From NCBI GenBank assembly GCA_963662465.1, contig OY759599.1, positions 2,528,001-2,592,000 of the forward strand: a stretch of 64,000 nucleotides of DNA, in the 5' to 3' direction. The notes under the pieces are model-generated. The model did not search any database, was not told the origin of the DNA, and saw nothing but the letters and a program-made list of their open reading frames with translations. A program made the translations under genes and the position numbers. Positions 40,899 to 51,831 of this stretch are shown in pieces. Source of the stretch: Desulfatiglandales bacterium. GTDB lineage: Bacteria > Desulfobacterota > DSM-4660 > Desulfatiglandales > Desulfatiglandaceae. Position 1 is the first letter of the stretch. Every line of letters starts with the position of its first letter.

Positions 40899-42094
40899 AT
40901 CACCTCCAGTTTTGCCTGCAATGCCCCCGCCGCCTTAAGGGCTTGAAATATGGTCATCAGATCCCTGGGCGTTACACCAAGGGCATTCAACGCCCTGACC
41001 ACCTGGGAGATGGTCACCCCGGACTTCAACAGCATCAGTCTGGCATTCTCTTCTTTGACGTTAATGTTCGTATCATTGGTCACCACCGTATTGCCCCCCG
41101 GAGCCACGATCGTGCCGTTATTTCCCATTTGCCGGGGGGGCGGCTGTCCACCCCCGTCACCACCGCCGGGCCATCCCACACTCTGATTATTGGAGAAGGG
41201 CATGGGCTGACTCACGTTGGCGGTTTCCTTGATTTCGATACTCAGGTTGCCATGGGCAATGGCCACGGTGGAAATCCTCACATTTTCACCGATCACAACC
41301 GTTCCGGTCCGTTCATTGATTACTACTTTCGACGATTGGTCAGGGGTAATTTCCAATTGCTCAATCATGGCCACCAAACCCACCGTGTTGCCGCGATACG
41401 CCTTTGGAACTACCACCTCGATGGCGCCGGCATCCATGGTTCTCGCCATGGAACCATTGAGAGCGGTATTAATCGCTTCCGCCACACGAGAAGCGTTGGT
41501 AAAATCAGGATTTGGAAGAATCAGAGATAAGGTCCCTTTCCGGGTGAAATCATTCCGGATCTCCTTTTCAATGGTGGCCCCTCCCACCACCCGACCCACC
41601 GTAGGGAAATTCTTGGTCACCTTGGCCGCACTGCCCGAGATGGAATACCCACCGGTGGTCACAGGTCCCTGAGCCGCGGCGTAAACCTTTCCATCAGCCG
41701 CCCTGAGGGGCGTCACCAGGAGCGTGCCGCCGGTCAGGCTTTCCGCGTCTCCAATCGAACTGACGGTAACATCCATCTGGGTCCCCACCTTTGCGAAGGC
41801 GGGCAGATCGGCCGTCACCATGACAGCAGCCACATTCTGCACCTTTTGAATCTTTTTGGGATCGACCGTTACTCCCATCCTTTCAAGCAAACTTGCCAGA
41901 GACTGAAATGTAAACTTTGAATCCTTACCATCGCCTGTTCCATCAAGACCCACAATCAACCCATATCCCACCAGCTGATTCTTCCGCACCCCCTTAATTT
42001 CAGCCAGATCCTTGAGGCGGATGGCGCCGGCATAATCGGTCATAAGACACAGCACACATACGAACATCAAGCCCATCACCGCAACTTTTCTCAT
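40895..42094 (-). CDS. flgI: P-ring protein
   Basis: NQLVGYGLIVGLDGTGD; VVINERTGTVV. Confidence 0.97.
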   Translation of the reverse strand: MRKVAVMGLMFVCVLCLMTDYAGAIRLKDLAEIKGVRKNQLVGYGLIVGLDGTGDGKDSKFTFQSLASLLERMGVTVDPKKIQKVQNVAAVMVTADLPAFAKVGTQMDVTVSSIGDAESLTGGTLLVTPLRAADGKVYAAAQGPVTTGGYSISGSAAKVTKNFPTVGRVVGGATIEKEIRNDFTRKGTLSLILPNPDFTNASRVAEAINTALNGSMARTMDAGAIEVVVPKAYRGNTVGLVAMIEQLEITPDQSSKVVINERTGTVVIGENVRISTVAIAHGNLSIEIKETANVSQPMPFSNNQSVGWPGGGDGGGQPPPRQMGNNGTIVAPGGNTVVTNDTNINVKEENARLMLLKSGVTISQVVRALNALGVTPRDLMTIFQALKAAGALQAKLEVM

Positions 42095-42157
42095 TTTTTT
42101 CTCCTGAGCGTCCGCACCGTAACCCGATAACGGTAGACCGTAAACAATTCCCTTTAT

Positions 42158-42904
42158 CTAAAACGGCCACGCCACGTTTAGGAAGTTGGAAAGCCAACCC
42201 GGACTTTGACGTTGGGCGATAACGCCTTCACCACTGTAAACAAATTTCGCATCGGAAATTCGCGATGATTTCACTTCATACCCCTGGGTAGCCATATTAT
42301 ACCGAATGTCCCGCGGCTGGATAAGCCCCGCCAGGGTCAGGCATTGGGTCTCGTTGTTCACCGTAATCTCCCGAGACCCCGCAATCACAAGATTGCCGTC
42401 GGGCAGCACTCTGAAAACCCTGGCGGTTACGCCGTCCAGGTTTTTCAAGCGGCTCTCTCGATTGGTATAACCGCTTCCCTTGAAAGAAGGTTCAAAGGAA
42501 CCGCTAACCGAGCCTGAATAGGATGGCTGCAGGTTTCCGATATTCGAGAAGGCGCCCCCTACGCCGGCACTGACCGCAGACTTCCTCGATGTGTTGGTGT
42601 CGGCCTTGTTGTTTGCCGTGGTATATTCGTCCAGAATAACGGTCACCACATCTCCCACTTTACTGGCCTTATAGTCTTTAAACAGACTGCCCAGAGACCC
42701 ACTGTCATCCCAGAGACTTCCCTCGTACTTCTCGGGCTTTACCCTGTGATTAGTGCCGACCCCCAGGGACATGATCGCGTCAGGAGCAACAGCCGCCTTT
42801 GTCGCCGCCCGGTCGGAGACGCAACCGGAAAGGATTATCACCAGAAACAAAGACAGCGCGCCGACAACCCCAAATCTTTCAAACCGGGCATTCTGATTCA
42901 ACAT
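42158..42904 (-). CDS. flgH: L-ring lipoprotein
   Basis: Lipobox LSGC; KASKVGDVVTV; VLPDGNLVI.G; PGWL...WPF. Confidence 0.93.
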   Translation of the reverse strand: MLNQNARFERFGVVGALSLFLVIILSGCVSDRAATKAAVAPDAIMSLGVGTNHRVKPEKYEGSLWDDSGSLGSLFKDYKASKVGDVVTVILDEYTTANNKADTNTSRKSAVSAGVGGAFSNIGNLQPSYSGSVSGSFEPSFKGSGYTNRESRLKNLDGVTARVFRVLPDGNLVIAGSREITVNNETQCLTLAGLIQPRDIRYNMATQGYEVKSSRISDAKFVYSGEGVIAQRQSPGWLSNFLNVAWPF

Positions 42905-42923
42905 CTTTCAAGCCCTCCTCGTC

Positions 42924-43904
42924 TCAAAAATCAACCTCCACCGTCTTGGAATCCAGAACGCGGGCATAAATGCTCTTTTTTGAATCCAGGTTTTCAACCT
43001 TGATTCTCTCCCCGCGGCGACCCTCCCGTTCACTGACCACACCCAGCGCCGTAACCCTCAGGCCCGCGGATTCAGCCACCACCATAACTACATCCCCACG
43101 TTTGACCAACGGCGGATATTCAATAAGATCAGGTCTCAGGACCGTATCGGCGCCGATGGCCCGCTTGGCCCTTTTTCCCAGGACTTCATCGGGATCCGTT
43201 ATAATATTGGAGGGCATCCTGGCCAAATCCTTTTCTCGAAGCTCGATATCCTCTTCCGTAATTCGCCCATACCGCCGCACCCGCCTTTTAGCGACCACCA
43301 CGTTTGTCAAGACGCTGATATGGGCGGTAGCCAGAATCCGCTTTTGAAACAGGCCGTTCACGTTGAAATGGATGGGAAAAGCAACTTTCCCTTTAAAATC
43401 GGAATTTTTAAGAGGCTCAACCCGGTAAGCAATCTTCCCTTTGGGCAGGGTTACATCTTGGCTGACCTGGATATTGTTAATCCTGACCCGGTCCCTGTCC
43501 CAGGGGATATTGGCATAGATAAAATCCGAAACAGCCCCTTTGATCTCTTCACGAGAAATAACGACCGATTCCCGAACAACGATAATGCTTTGAGGAATCA
43601 AGAGGCGAATTTGGCTCAAATCCACCTGCGCCTGTTTCAAACGGAGTCTGATATAATCCTCATCAATACGGCGTGTACTCCCCGGCAAGGGCGACCTTCC
43701 CAGGACGATTTTCTCTATTCTGGCCACCAGTGGACCGTTCATGCCGTTAACCGTGCATATTTCCCCCAAAACGATATTGTCATCAGAAATTTCAGCCTTT
43801 TCAAAGCCCTTTATAACAACCCGATCGGAGGCCCACGCAAAGGAAAGCAATCCTGTAAGCATAAGGAAAAAGACCCCACATGAAAAGAACTTTGAACGTC
43901 CCAC
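42924..43904 (-). CDS. flgA: P-ring assembly chaperone
   Basis: SAF region, PLVKRGD, IKVENLDSKK; gene order. Confidence 0.92.
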   Translation of the reverse strand: MGRSKFFSCGVFFLMLTGLLSFAWASDRVVIKGFEKAEISDDNIVLGEICTVNGMNGPLVARIEKIVLGRSPLPGSTRRIDEDYIRLRLKQAQVDLSQIRLLIPQSIIVVRESVVISREEIKGAVSDFIYANIPWDRDRVRINNIQVSQDVTLPKGKIAYRVEPLKNSDFKGKVAFPIHFNVNGLFQKRILATAHISVLTNVVVAKRRVRRYGRITEEDIELREKDLARMPSNIITDPDEVLGKRAKRAIGADTVLRPDLIEYPPLVKRGDVVMVVAESAGLRVTALGVVSEREGRRGERIKVENLDSKKSIYARVLDSKTVEVDF

Positions 43905-43913
43905 AATTCACCC

Positions 43914-44702
43914 CTAACGCTGTAGATTATTGGCCATCTGCAGCATATCATCCGTGGCCTTGACAGCCTTGCTGCTCAACTCGTAAGCGCGTTGAGCCGC
44001 AATCATACTCACCATTTCTTCCACCACGCTGACATTGCTCATCTCCAGATAGCCCTGTGCAATGGTGCCGAAACCATCTTCGCCGGCCGTGCCCGTGACG
44101 GCTTCCCCCGATGACTTGGTGGGCATATAGAGATTTCTGCCGATACTTTCCAATCCGGCAGGGTTAATAAACCTGACCAGTTCAATCGTACCCACTTCGG
44201 TGGGTTCAGCCTCTCCCGCCTGCAAAACAGAGATGGTGCCGTCGGTTCCGATGCTTATGGAAAGGGCGTCAGTGGGAATGGCAAGTTCCGGCTCCATCAT
44301 AAACCCATCGGAGGTCACGATTCGGCCCTCACTGTCCAGCTTGAATGATCCGGCACGGGTATAGGCGACATCCCCATTGGGCTGAAGGATCTGGAAAAAA
44401 CCACCCCCCTCGATGGCCATGTCCAGGTCATTCTGGGTTTGCTGGTAATCTCCCTGACTAAAAATCTTCTGGGTTCCCGCCGGTCTGGTTCCGTGACCGA
44501 TCTGGATGCCCGTCGGCACCTCCGTCCCTTGCGCCGAAGCGGTCCCTGCCGCACGCAGCGTATGATACAGGAGATCCTGAAAATCGGCCCGGCTTCGTTT
44601 AAAACCGGTGGTATTCACATTGGCCAGATTGTTTGCGATAACATCGATATTTAACGTCTGAGCCTGCATCCCCGTGGATGCGATCCACAATGATCGTTGC
44701 AT
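43914..44702 (-). CDS. flgG: Distal rod protein
   Basis: [30 protein letters not shown]. Confidence 0.97.
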   Translation of the reverse strand: MQRSLWIASTGMQAQTLNIDVIANNLANVNTTGFKRSRADFQDLLYHTLRAAGTASAQGTEVPTGIQIGHGTRPAGTQKIFSQGDYQQTQNDLDMAIEGGGFFQILQPNGDVAYTRAGSFKLDSEGRIVTSDGFMMEPELAIPTDALSISIGTDGTISVLQAGEAEPTEVGTIELVRFINPAGLESIGRNLYMPTKSSGEAVTGTAGEDGFGTIAQGYLEMSNVSVVEEMVSMIAAQRAYELSSKAVKATDDMLQMANNLQR

Positions 44703-44740
44703 TTGGCGCCCCCTGATTTCATTACGTTCATCACGCTGAC

Positions 44741-45484
44741 TTAGGCCAGCTTCCCGACCTCATTGATGCTTTTTTTGGCGGCATCACTCAAAAATTGAAT
44801 GACTTTTTGATAGGACTCATAGCCCCTCATCACATCTATCATTTCAGTCATGGTTCTCACCCCGTTTACATTGGAGGTTTCCACAAACCCCTGCGCAACC
44901 TTTACATTTTCAGCTTTTTGTTCATCGACGGGGTCACTCTGGGGCGCAAACAGGGTACTGCTTATCTTTTTCAGCATGTGAGGGTTCCCGATGCTGACAA
45001 CCTGCAGGGTATCCACGGGATTTCCATCCGCCGTGATTTCTCCGGCCTCGTCCACCGCAATGTTTTTTCCCTTTATAATGATTTCGCCGGACTTTCCCAA
45101 AACCGGAAATCCCTCCTGGGTAATCAACTTGCCCTCCTGGGTCAGTGAAAAATTTCCCCTTCGGGTATATTGCTTTCCTTCCGGAGTATTGACGCAGAAA
45201 AAGCCTTCTCCATCCAGGGCCACATCCAGAGGATTGCTCGTGTAGCGCAAGGGAGAAGGGGAAAAATCGGTTCGGGTTTCATAAGGCTCCGCAGGGGGAG
45301 AAATCCTGAAAACCTTTGACGCTTGCGTCGTCCGGGAATCATCTTTTTCCCCAGGAATGTGAAAATAGAGGTTGTCCTTTTTAAACCCTACGGTATTGAC
45401 GTTGGCCAGATTATTGGTCAGGATGTTCAGCCTCAACTGATTATTGGACGCTCCTGATACGGCCGCATACATTGCCTGGCTCAT
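44741..45484 (-). CDS. flgF: Proximal rod protein
   Basis: [28 protein letters not shown]. Confidence 0.92.
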   Translation of the reverse strand: MSQAMYAAVSGASNNQLRLNILTNNLANVNTVGFKKDNLYFHIPGEKDDSRTTQASKVFRISPPAEPYETRTDFSPSPLRYTSNPLDVALDGEGFFCVNTPEGKQYTRRGNFSLTQEGKLITQEGFPVLGKSGEIIIKGKNIAVDEAGEITADGNPVDTLQVVSIGNPHMLKKISSTLFAPQSDPVDEQKAENVKVAQGFVETSNVNGVRTMTEMIDVMRGYESYQKVIQFLSDAAKKSINEVGKLA

Positions 45485-45540
45485 TTATTAACCTCCATTA
45501 TGAATCAAAGGCGCCCTGAAGGCCCCATGCTACATATTTA

Positions 45541-45556
45541 AGCAAGATGTATGCCG
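45541..45556 (-). promoter_or_regulatory. Sigma-54 promoter of the flgF operon
   Basis: CGGCAT-ACATC-TTGCT. Confidence 0.75.
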
Positions 45557-45563
45557 GAATGCA

Positions 45564-45591
45564 GTAGAGACAAGGCATGCCTTGTCTCTAC
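45564..45591. repeat. Perfect 28-bp GTAG-type REP-like palindrome
   Basis: GTAGAGACAAGGCATGCCTTGTCTCTAC. Confidence 0.8.
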
Positions 45592-45665
45592 CACTCCCAC
45601 AGCATTTCGGGATAAACACCATCTCCCCCATAGGCATTTTTTTCCGGCCTTACCCGGCAAAGACG

Positions 45666-46124
45666 TCAAGATGTCGGATGATAAGATGATGATAAGGCCC
45701 CCCTCCCTATTCGATCCCGAGTTCGGGAAACCCCATCGGTTCTTCCAAGCTTGACCACCAGTTCGATTTCATTTCTTGGGACATTCACCTTTTCAAAGAT
45801 CGCTTGAACATTCAACCCGAGGCCCGCAAGACGCCTTACCTCGGCGTACTCATCCCCGGGCTGTTTTCCCCAAGGTTTTCTTTTTTTGTCCTGATTGCCT
45901 CTTTTATTCCCGGAAAAACCGCCAATCTGATGATCCTCCCCGCTCAAAACCAGAGATAACGCATTGTTAAACGTTGTCCCATTTCTCTTGATCCATTCTC
46001 CGGCCAGCCTTCGGCCATATCGAGCCGTCCTCATCATAACAAGGATCGCAAGGGTGATCCCAAAGAAACAGAGGCACAAGACATCTGAAAGCATCTCCAA
46101 TTGTTCAGGGGTTAAATATGGCAT
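45666..46124 (-). CDS. Membrane-anchored hypothetical protein (DUF2802-like C-terminal HTH)
   Basis: N-terminal TM; Y..VRRLA..GL....I...VNVPRNEIELV. Confidence 0.65.
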   Translation of the reverse strand: MPYLTPEQLEMLSDVLCLCFFGITLAILVMMRTARYGRRLAGEWIKRNGTTFNNALSLVLSGEDHQIGGFSGNKRGNQDKKRKPWGKQPGDEYAEVRRLAGLGLNVQAIFEKVNVPRNEIELVVKLGRTDGVSRTRDRIGRGALSSSYHPTS

Positions 46125-46140
46125 AAAAATAATCCTCTAT

Positions 46141-46404
46141 TTAGATGCGGATATCCACCCGGTTTCCCAGGTCATTTTGAATACCGGAAGGCATCTTTCC
46201 GCCTGTGGAAGAAGCCTTTTCCGCGTCCTGCCGACTCATATTATCGGAAGCCGGGCCATCATCTTTTGGGTTGTCTTTTCCGTCCTCAAGGTGTCCCTTA
46301 AACGACTGCTTTCCCGATCCGGAGTCCTCCCGCCTTGCTTTCTTTACCTTTGGCGCAGCGAAAATGGGAGCCAATATCCGTTGAATATGTAGTCCGTCCG
46401 ACAT
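46141..46404 (-). CDS. Small hypothetical protein
   Basis: Co-oriented ORF ending GNRVDIRI. Confidence 0.65.
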   Translation of the reverse strand: MSDGLHIQRILAPIFAAPKVKKARREDSGSGKQSFKGHLEDGKDNPKDDGPASDNMSRQDAEKASSTGGKMPSGIQNDLGNRVDIRI

Positions 46405-46416
46405 AACAACACCAGA

Positions 46417-46455
46417 AAAACTTAAAACTTAAAACTTAAAACCGCGGCTTGCCGC
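46417..46455 (-). repeat. Hairpin + TTTTAAG x3 array after fliA
   Basis: Minus strand GCGGCAAGCCGC-GG-(TTTTAAG)3-TTTT. Confidence 0.85.
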
Positions 46456-46456
46456 T

Positions 46457-47224
46457 TCAGGCCTCTGCCAACCCCTTTTTTCTCATGGCGTTGTGCAAAT
46501 GCAAAATCGCCTGAGAATGAATCTGAGAGACCCTGGATTCCGTCAGATCCAGCACTTTCCCGATCTCTTTCATGGTCAATTCATCCCAGTAATACAGTGA
46601 AACCACCATCTTTTCCTTTTTGGGAAGCTGCTCTATGGCATCCGCGGCAGCATTCCTTAATTCTTTCATGCCGGCCATTTCAAAGGGGTCTCCACTTTCA
46701 CCGCCGGCCAGAAGACCCATGAGATCACCTTTTTCATCCTGGGAAAAACAACCGACTTCCTCAAAGCTGACAAAGGACATGCCGGCCATCCCCCGAATCT
46801 CATAAAACGCATCAAGATCGATTCCCATTTTATCCGCGACTTCAGCATCCCTGGCCTCTCGACCCAATTTAAGTTCCAGACTCGCATACGTCTGTTGCAG
46901 CTCGCGGATCTTGCTTCTATTGGATCTGGAAACCACATCTCGGCTTCGCAACTCCCCCATGACGGCCCCCCTAATGCGGAAGGCGCCGTAGGTAATAAAT
47001 TTGGTCCCCCTTGTGGGATCATAGCGATCAATGGCGTCCATCAAACCGATGACGCCGGCATTGATCAAATCATCTTCCTCCACCTCCGCCGGCAGGTGGA
47101 CGGAAATCCGTTGGACAATATTTTTGACATAGGGGAGATATTGAAGCACCAGCTGATCCTTCATGGATTGCTCACCCTGCCATTCTTTTCCATCGTACAA
47201 TTCCGCCAGTTCCATGATCAGCAA
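46457..47224 (-). CDS. fliA: Sigma-28
   Basis: DLINAGVIGL, FRIRGA..ELR, LTMKEIG.VL.LTESRVSQIH. Confidence 0.96.
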   Translation of the reverse strand: MLIMELAELYDGKEWQGEQSMKDQLVLQYLPYVKNIVQRISVHLPAEVEEDDLINAGVIGLMDAIDRYDPTRGTKFITYGAFRIRGAVMGELRSRDVVSRSNRSKIRELQQTYASLELKLGREARDAEVADKMGIDLDAFYEIRGMAGMSFVSFEEVGCFSQDEKGDLMGLLAGGESGDPFEMAGMKELRNAAADAIEQLPKKEKMVVSLYYWDELTMKEIGKVLDLTESRVSQIHSQAILHLHNAMRKKGLAEA

Positions 47225-47257
47225 CCGTTTCTTTTTTTTTGAAAATTAAGGCTCATC

Positions 47258-48178
47258 CTAAGTCGCTTTGTCAAAGAGGTCCCGCCAATAAAGACGGGGT
47301 TCCTTTTCAGGAAAATCCCAGGGAGGGACATCCAGCAACTTTTTTGCCAGTAAAACAAAACACTTGCTGGCCGCGGCCTCCGGCCTCATTTCGCTGACAA
47401 TTTTTTGACGCCTTACGCCCTCCCTGACCCTTTCGTCCATCAACACAAATCCCACATATTCGATGGTGATATCCAGAAATCGGTCAGCCACCAGCTTGAT
47501 CTGTTGATAGACCCCTTCCGCCTCCCTGGCATTTTTGGCGAAATTGACCACCAACCTGAATCGCTTTTGCGAATAGTTCATGGAAAGAACCTTCATCAAG
47601 GCGTATGCATCGGTAATGGAAGTGGGCTCGGGCGTTACCACCACCAATATTTCCCGTGCGCTGCTGTTGAAATACATGACATTGGAAGAAATACCCGCGC
47701 CGGTATCGATGAGCAAAAAATCCACATCATTCATAACCGCATCAAGAGAATCCAAGAACCTGGTTTTCTGGTCATCCGTCAAATGAGCAAGCTCTTGAAC
47801 GCCTGAAGATGCGGGGATAATCCTCATCTTTCCCGGTCCTTCCAGTGCAATTTCAGATATGGTTTTGGAGCCCAGAACCGCATGGGACAGGTTGTACCTG
47901 GGCGTAAGCCCCAGCAAAACATCGAGATTGCCGAGACCCAGATCCGCATCGATAATCAAAACCCTTTTTCCCAGCCGGCTGAGGACAAAGCCCACATTCG
48001 CGACGATATTGCTCTTGCCCACCCCTCCTTTCCCGCTGGTGATTGAAATAACGCGTGTCTGGGACTTGCGGGATCCGATTTTCAGTCTTCCCCTCTCCCC
48101 TTTTCTGGCCGCGATTCTATCGGACAACCGGATGAGGTTGCTGGGTGGCAGTCCTTGATTCATTGACGATATCTCCAA
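47258..48178 (-). CDS. flhG: MinD-like flagellar number regulator
   Basis: SGKGGVGKS, DADLGL.N, PEPTSITDAYA. Confidence 0.94.
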   Translation of the reverse strand: MEISSMNQGLPPSNLIRLSDRIAARKGERGRLKIGSRKSQTRVISITSGKGGVGKSNIVANVGFVLSRLGKRVLIIDADLGLGNLDVLLGLTPRYNLSHAVLGSKTISEIALEGPGKMRIIPASSGVQELAHLTDDQKTRFLDSLDAVMNDVDFLLIDTGAGISSNVMYFNSSAREILVVVTPEPTSITDAYALMKVLSMNYSQKRFRLVVNFAKNAREAEGVYQQIKLVADRFLDITIEYVGFVLMDERVREGVRRQKIVSEMRPEAAASKCFVLLAKKLLDVPPWDFPEKEPRLYWRDLFDKAT

Positions 48179-48185
48179 ATTAAAA

Positions 48186-48247
48186 GGGCTATGGGCTATG
48201 GGCTATAAGCGCTTACCTATCGCCTATCGCCTATCGCCTATTGCCCA
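48186..48247. repeat. Opposed heptamer arrays (GGGCTAT / CTATCGC)
   Basis: (GGGCTAT)3 ... (CTATCGC)3 CTATTGC fill the flhF-flhG gap. Confidence 0.85.
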
Positions 48248-49516
48248 TCAAGAATATGCGTAGGTCTTCCCCAAATAGGGGCCGTATTGAAATCGTTCTC
48301 GTCCATCGCTCTGCGGCGCTTCTTTAAGAGCGGAAAGCCGCCTGGGATGCACCTTCTTAACCAGAATCAGGTCCACCAGTTTGTCCAGGGTCGCCACTTC
48401 AATATTCTCGGGGACCTGTGGACCGTTTGCAAAATAGGAAGCCGGCATTCGTGTATTGATCAGCTGATTGAGAAGATCACCGTATTCCGTACTGTCATCG
48501 AGCCTGGTGAATATCAGTCTGGCAATATTCATGACCTTGAATCGATCAAAAATGGCCCCAAAATCTTTTTCTCGCGTGGCGGCACTCATCAACAGGTGAA
48601 TCTCAGCGGATTTTACACACGCCAGAAGACCCTGAAGACGGCGAAGCAGCGCATCTTCCTTCCGGCTTATCCCGGGCGTATCAATCAGAATGATATCTTT
48701 TTTCCTCAGGTTATATAGCGATTGCTCAAGTTCTCTTCTGCTGGATGCCGCTTCCATGGGAACGCCAAAGATTCTTGAATAAACGTCCAATTGCGCAATG
48801 GCGCCAATTCTTTTATCGTCCAATGTTATCATTCCCAGTTTACGCCTGCTTTTGAGACCTCCGACAGCTGCCAGTTTTGCAATGGTCGTTGTTTTCCCGA
48901 CGCCGGCTGGCCCCACCATGGCCACGATTTTTTGTTCGCCGCGAACGATCTCAATGGGTTTTGTAACCGCACCCATTTTTCCTAGGATTTCGATGACGCA
49001 CTGCTTAATGCCGTCCGCTCCAAAGCCTTCCCTTGAAGGCGAAATCCGCCCCAGTTCCTTAACCAGATCCATGGCAATACTTTCTTTAACGCCCTGGTCT
49101 TGGAGCTCCTTATACAGGCTTAAAAACTGCATGTGATGGTCTTTTTTCCGCGAAAACCCTCCCCTTATCTTCGCGGGTTTAAACCTTTTTGCGGGAGTGA
49201 TGGTCCTTTCTCCCACCGGGGTGGCGGGGGTCTTTCTTCGACCCAACCGAGCAGGGGCAACCGACTCCCTGATGCTACTCGTAAGGGACCACTTTTTGGG
49301 GGGCATCGCCTCGACCACAGGCTCAGACTCAATTTTAAGGGGCTCTGCGTCAGTGGCCGCCGTCACCTCAACACAAGTTTTTTTTCTGAAACCGAACATG
49401 CCCGTTCCCATTTCCACGTCCTTGGAAGAAAGGATGACCGCCTGGGATCCGAACTCTTTTCTGATCAGCTTCAACGCCTCAGACGTGTTGTCTGCTCTGA
49501 ATTTTTTAATTTGCAT
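48248..49516 (-). CDS. flhF: SRP-like GTPase FlhF
   Basis: MQIKKF.A; GPAGVGKTTT.AKLA; DTPG; G.QVPE. Confidence 0.93.
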   Translation of the reverse strand: MQIKKFRADNTSEALKLIRKEFGSQAVILSSKDVEMGTGMFGFRKKTCVEVTAATDAEPLKIESEPVVEAMPPKKWSLTSSIRESVAPARLGRRKTPATPVGERTITPAKRFKPAKIRGGFSRKKDHHMQFLSLYKELQDQGVKESIAMDLVKELGRISPSREGFGADGIKQCVIEILGKMGAVTKPIEIVRGEQKIVAMVGPAGVGKTTTIAKLAAVGGLKSRRKLGMITLDDKRIGAIAQLDVYSRIFGVPMEAASSRRELEQSLYNLRKKDIILIDTPGISRKEDALLRRLQGLLACVKSAEIHLLMSAATREKDFGAIFDRFKVMNIARLIFTRLDDSTEYGDLLNQLINTRMPASYFANGPQVPENIEVATLDKLVDLILVKKVHPRRLSALKEAPQSDGRERFQYGPYLGKTYAYS

Positions 49517-51611
49517 GATCAAACCCCACCGTTCCAATCGATTCTACGCTAATATTGTTGACAATTTCATCATATGACAGCACAACCAAATCAGGAATAA
49601 AGCGATCCGCAAGCTTTTTGAAATGAGGTCGAATCTGCGCTGAACACAAAACAAGCGGTTGTTGGTTGCGTTCTGAAAAACCCGCCAGCTTTTGGGTAAG
49701 ACCTTTCACGAGTTTCTGGGCCATGTTTGGATCGATCGGCAGGAAACTGCCGCGGTCCGTGTACTGGACCGCTTCACCCAGGGTCTTTTCCACATTGTGG
49801 TCCAGGGTGAGTACGAAAATACGATCTTCAGGACCTTTATAGAGCTCTGTAATGGTCCTTGCGAGCGACTGTCGCACATATTCCGTCAAAGCATCCGTGT
49901 CCTTCACAATGTTGCTCCAGTCCGCCAGGGTTTCCAAAATGGTCAGTAGATCACGAATGGGAATCCCTTCCTGTAAAAGATTCTGAAGGACTTTCCCAAC
50001 GGCCCCAAGGGGCAACAACCCGGGGATCAACTCTTCCACCACCTTGGGATGGGAAAGCTTCAAATGATCCACCAACTGCTGAACCTCCTGCCTGCCCAGC
50101 AACTCATAGGCATGCCTTCTGATGACATCCGAAAGATGCGTTATCAAAACCGTCGGCAGATCCACAACCGTATACCCCTTGACCAGGGCATCTTCCCTTA
50201 AACCCGCTTTTATCCAGATGGCCGGCAAACCGTAGGTCGGTTCCGTTGTGGGCACTCCACTGACCTTGCCATCCGCCGTTCCGGGATCCATTGCTAGAAA
50301 ACAGTTCACCATGAGTTCCCCGTGGGCGACGGTGTTCCCCTTGAGCTTGATCACATATTCTCCGGGTTTTAACTTCATATTGTCTTGGATATGGATCGGA
50401 GACAAAAGGATGCCTAAATCCTGGGCAATCTGAGCCCTGAAAGACCGTATGCGATCCAGAAGATCTCCTCCCTGTTGGGCATCCACCAGAGGAAGAAGAC
50501 CGTACCCCACTTCCATGGCCAGGATATCCACGGGCGGAACGGATTCGACCTTCTCATGGGTCCCGGTTTCGGCCTCGATCAACTCATTTTCCTTGACTTT
50601 TTTGGATTCCACCGCCCTTGATTTGATGACCGAGTAAGCGATACCACCCGAAATAAAGGACAACACCATGAAGGGAACCGTCGGCATGCCCGGAACCAGG
50701 CCGAATCCGAACAACACCACGGCGGCAATGGCAATGGCGCGCGGCTGAAACAGGATTTCAGAGATAATCTGGTTCCCCAATGTGGATTCCGATCCGGCCC
50801 GGCTGACCACGATGCCCGCGGCCGTTGAAATCATCAATGCCGGAATCTGAGTGACCAGACCATCGCCCACGGTCAGCAGCGTGTAGTTCTGGGCTGCGTC
50901 CGATACGGTCATGCCGTTTTGCAAAACGCCGATGGCAAAGCCGCCCAGAATATTAATCAAGGTAATGATAACGCCGGCAATGGCATCCCCCTTGACAAAT
51001 TTACTCGCCCCATCCATGGCCCCGTAGAAGTCCGCCTCGCGTGAAATTTCACGCCGCCGCTCCTTGGCCTCCTCCTCGCCGATCAATCCCGCATTGAGAT
51101 CGGCATCGATGCTCATCTGTTTTCCGGGCATGGCGTCCAGGGTAAACCGGGCGGCCACTTCGCCGATGCGGCCTGATCCTTTCGTAATCACCATGAGATT
51201 GATGATCACTAAAACGATAAACACAATGGCGCCCACCACATAGTTGCCGCCCACCACAAAATTTCCGAAGGCCATGATGACATTTCCGGCAGCTGAAGCG
51301 CCCTCGCTGCCGTGGAGCAGAATAATTCGGGTTGAAGCAATATTAAGGGACAATCTGAACAGTGTGGCCAGCAGCAGAACAGAGGGAAAAGATGAAAAAT
51401 CCAAGGGCCGCAACAAATAAGTCCCCGTCAAAAGAATGGTTAAGGCGAAGGTAATGTTGAGGGACAGCAGCAGGTCCAACATAAAAGACGGCAGCGGCAT
51501 GACCATGAGAACCAGAATGCCGACCACCCCCACGGCCGCCATAATCTCGCTGTTTCGAGCCAGAAGGGGCATCCCCATTGAATTTTCGGTCTGGTTTGCG
51601 ATACTCATCAT
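49506..51611 (-). CDS. flhA: Export gate protein
   Basis: EVAARFTLDAMPGKQMSID; FYGAMDGASKF; start uncertain (RBS-like GGGAG before 51611). Confidence 0.97.
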   Translation of the reverse strand: MMSIANQTENSMGMPLLARNSEIMAAVGVVGILVLMVMPLPSFMLDLLLSLNITFALTILLTGTYLLRPLDFSSFPSVLLLATLFRLSLNIASTRIILLHGSEGASAAGNVIMAFGNFVVGGNYVVGAIVFIVLVIINLMVITKGSGRIGEVAARFTLDAMPGKQMSIDADLNAGLIGEEEAKERRREISREADFYGAMDGASKFVKGDAIAGVIITLINILGGFAIGVLQNGMTVSDAAQNYTLLTVGDGLVTQIPALMISTAAGIVVSRAGSESTLGNQIISEILFQPRAIAIAAVVLFGFGLVPGMPTVPFMVLSFISGGIAYSVIKSRAVESKKVKENELIEAETGTHEKVESVPPVDILAMEVGYGLLPLVDAQQGGDLLDRIRSFRAQIAQDLGILLSPIHIQDNMKLKPGEYVIKLKGNTVAHGELMVNCFLAMDPGTADGKVSGVPTTEPTYGLPAIWIKAGLREDALVKGYTVVDLPTVLITHLSDVIRRHAYELLGRQEVQQLVDHLKLSHPKVVEELIPGLLPLGAVGKVLQNLLQEGIPIRDLLTILETLADWSNIVKDTDALTEYVRQSLARTITELYKGPEDRIFVLTLDHNVEKTLGEAVQYTDRGSFLPIDPNMAQKLVKGLTQKLAGFSERNQQPLVLCSAQIRPHFKKLADRFIPDLVVLSYDEIVNNISVESIGTVGFDHAN

Positions 51612-51831
51612 ACTCCCGCCTGGGTTATTTTTTCCATTTGGTGCTTGATATGCACTTTTCATGCCTATCATTCCGGGGGCCATAACGGAAATGGGAATAG
51701 GGGTCAGGATCGTTTTGAAGCGTTGAAACAGCGGTGTTGTCGGGCATACCGCAAATCATGGGCGGGTTTTTGTCTGAAGAAAGCCGGGAGGGGTCAGACA
51801 CAAAAGAAGCATGGTAATTTGACGATGGGCG

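Noticed and set aside
48248..49516. FlhF as an inactive GTPase (TRLD in place of TKLD)
   Set aside because: G1 and G3 motifs are intact and the substitution is conservative; insufficient evidence
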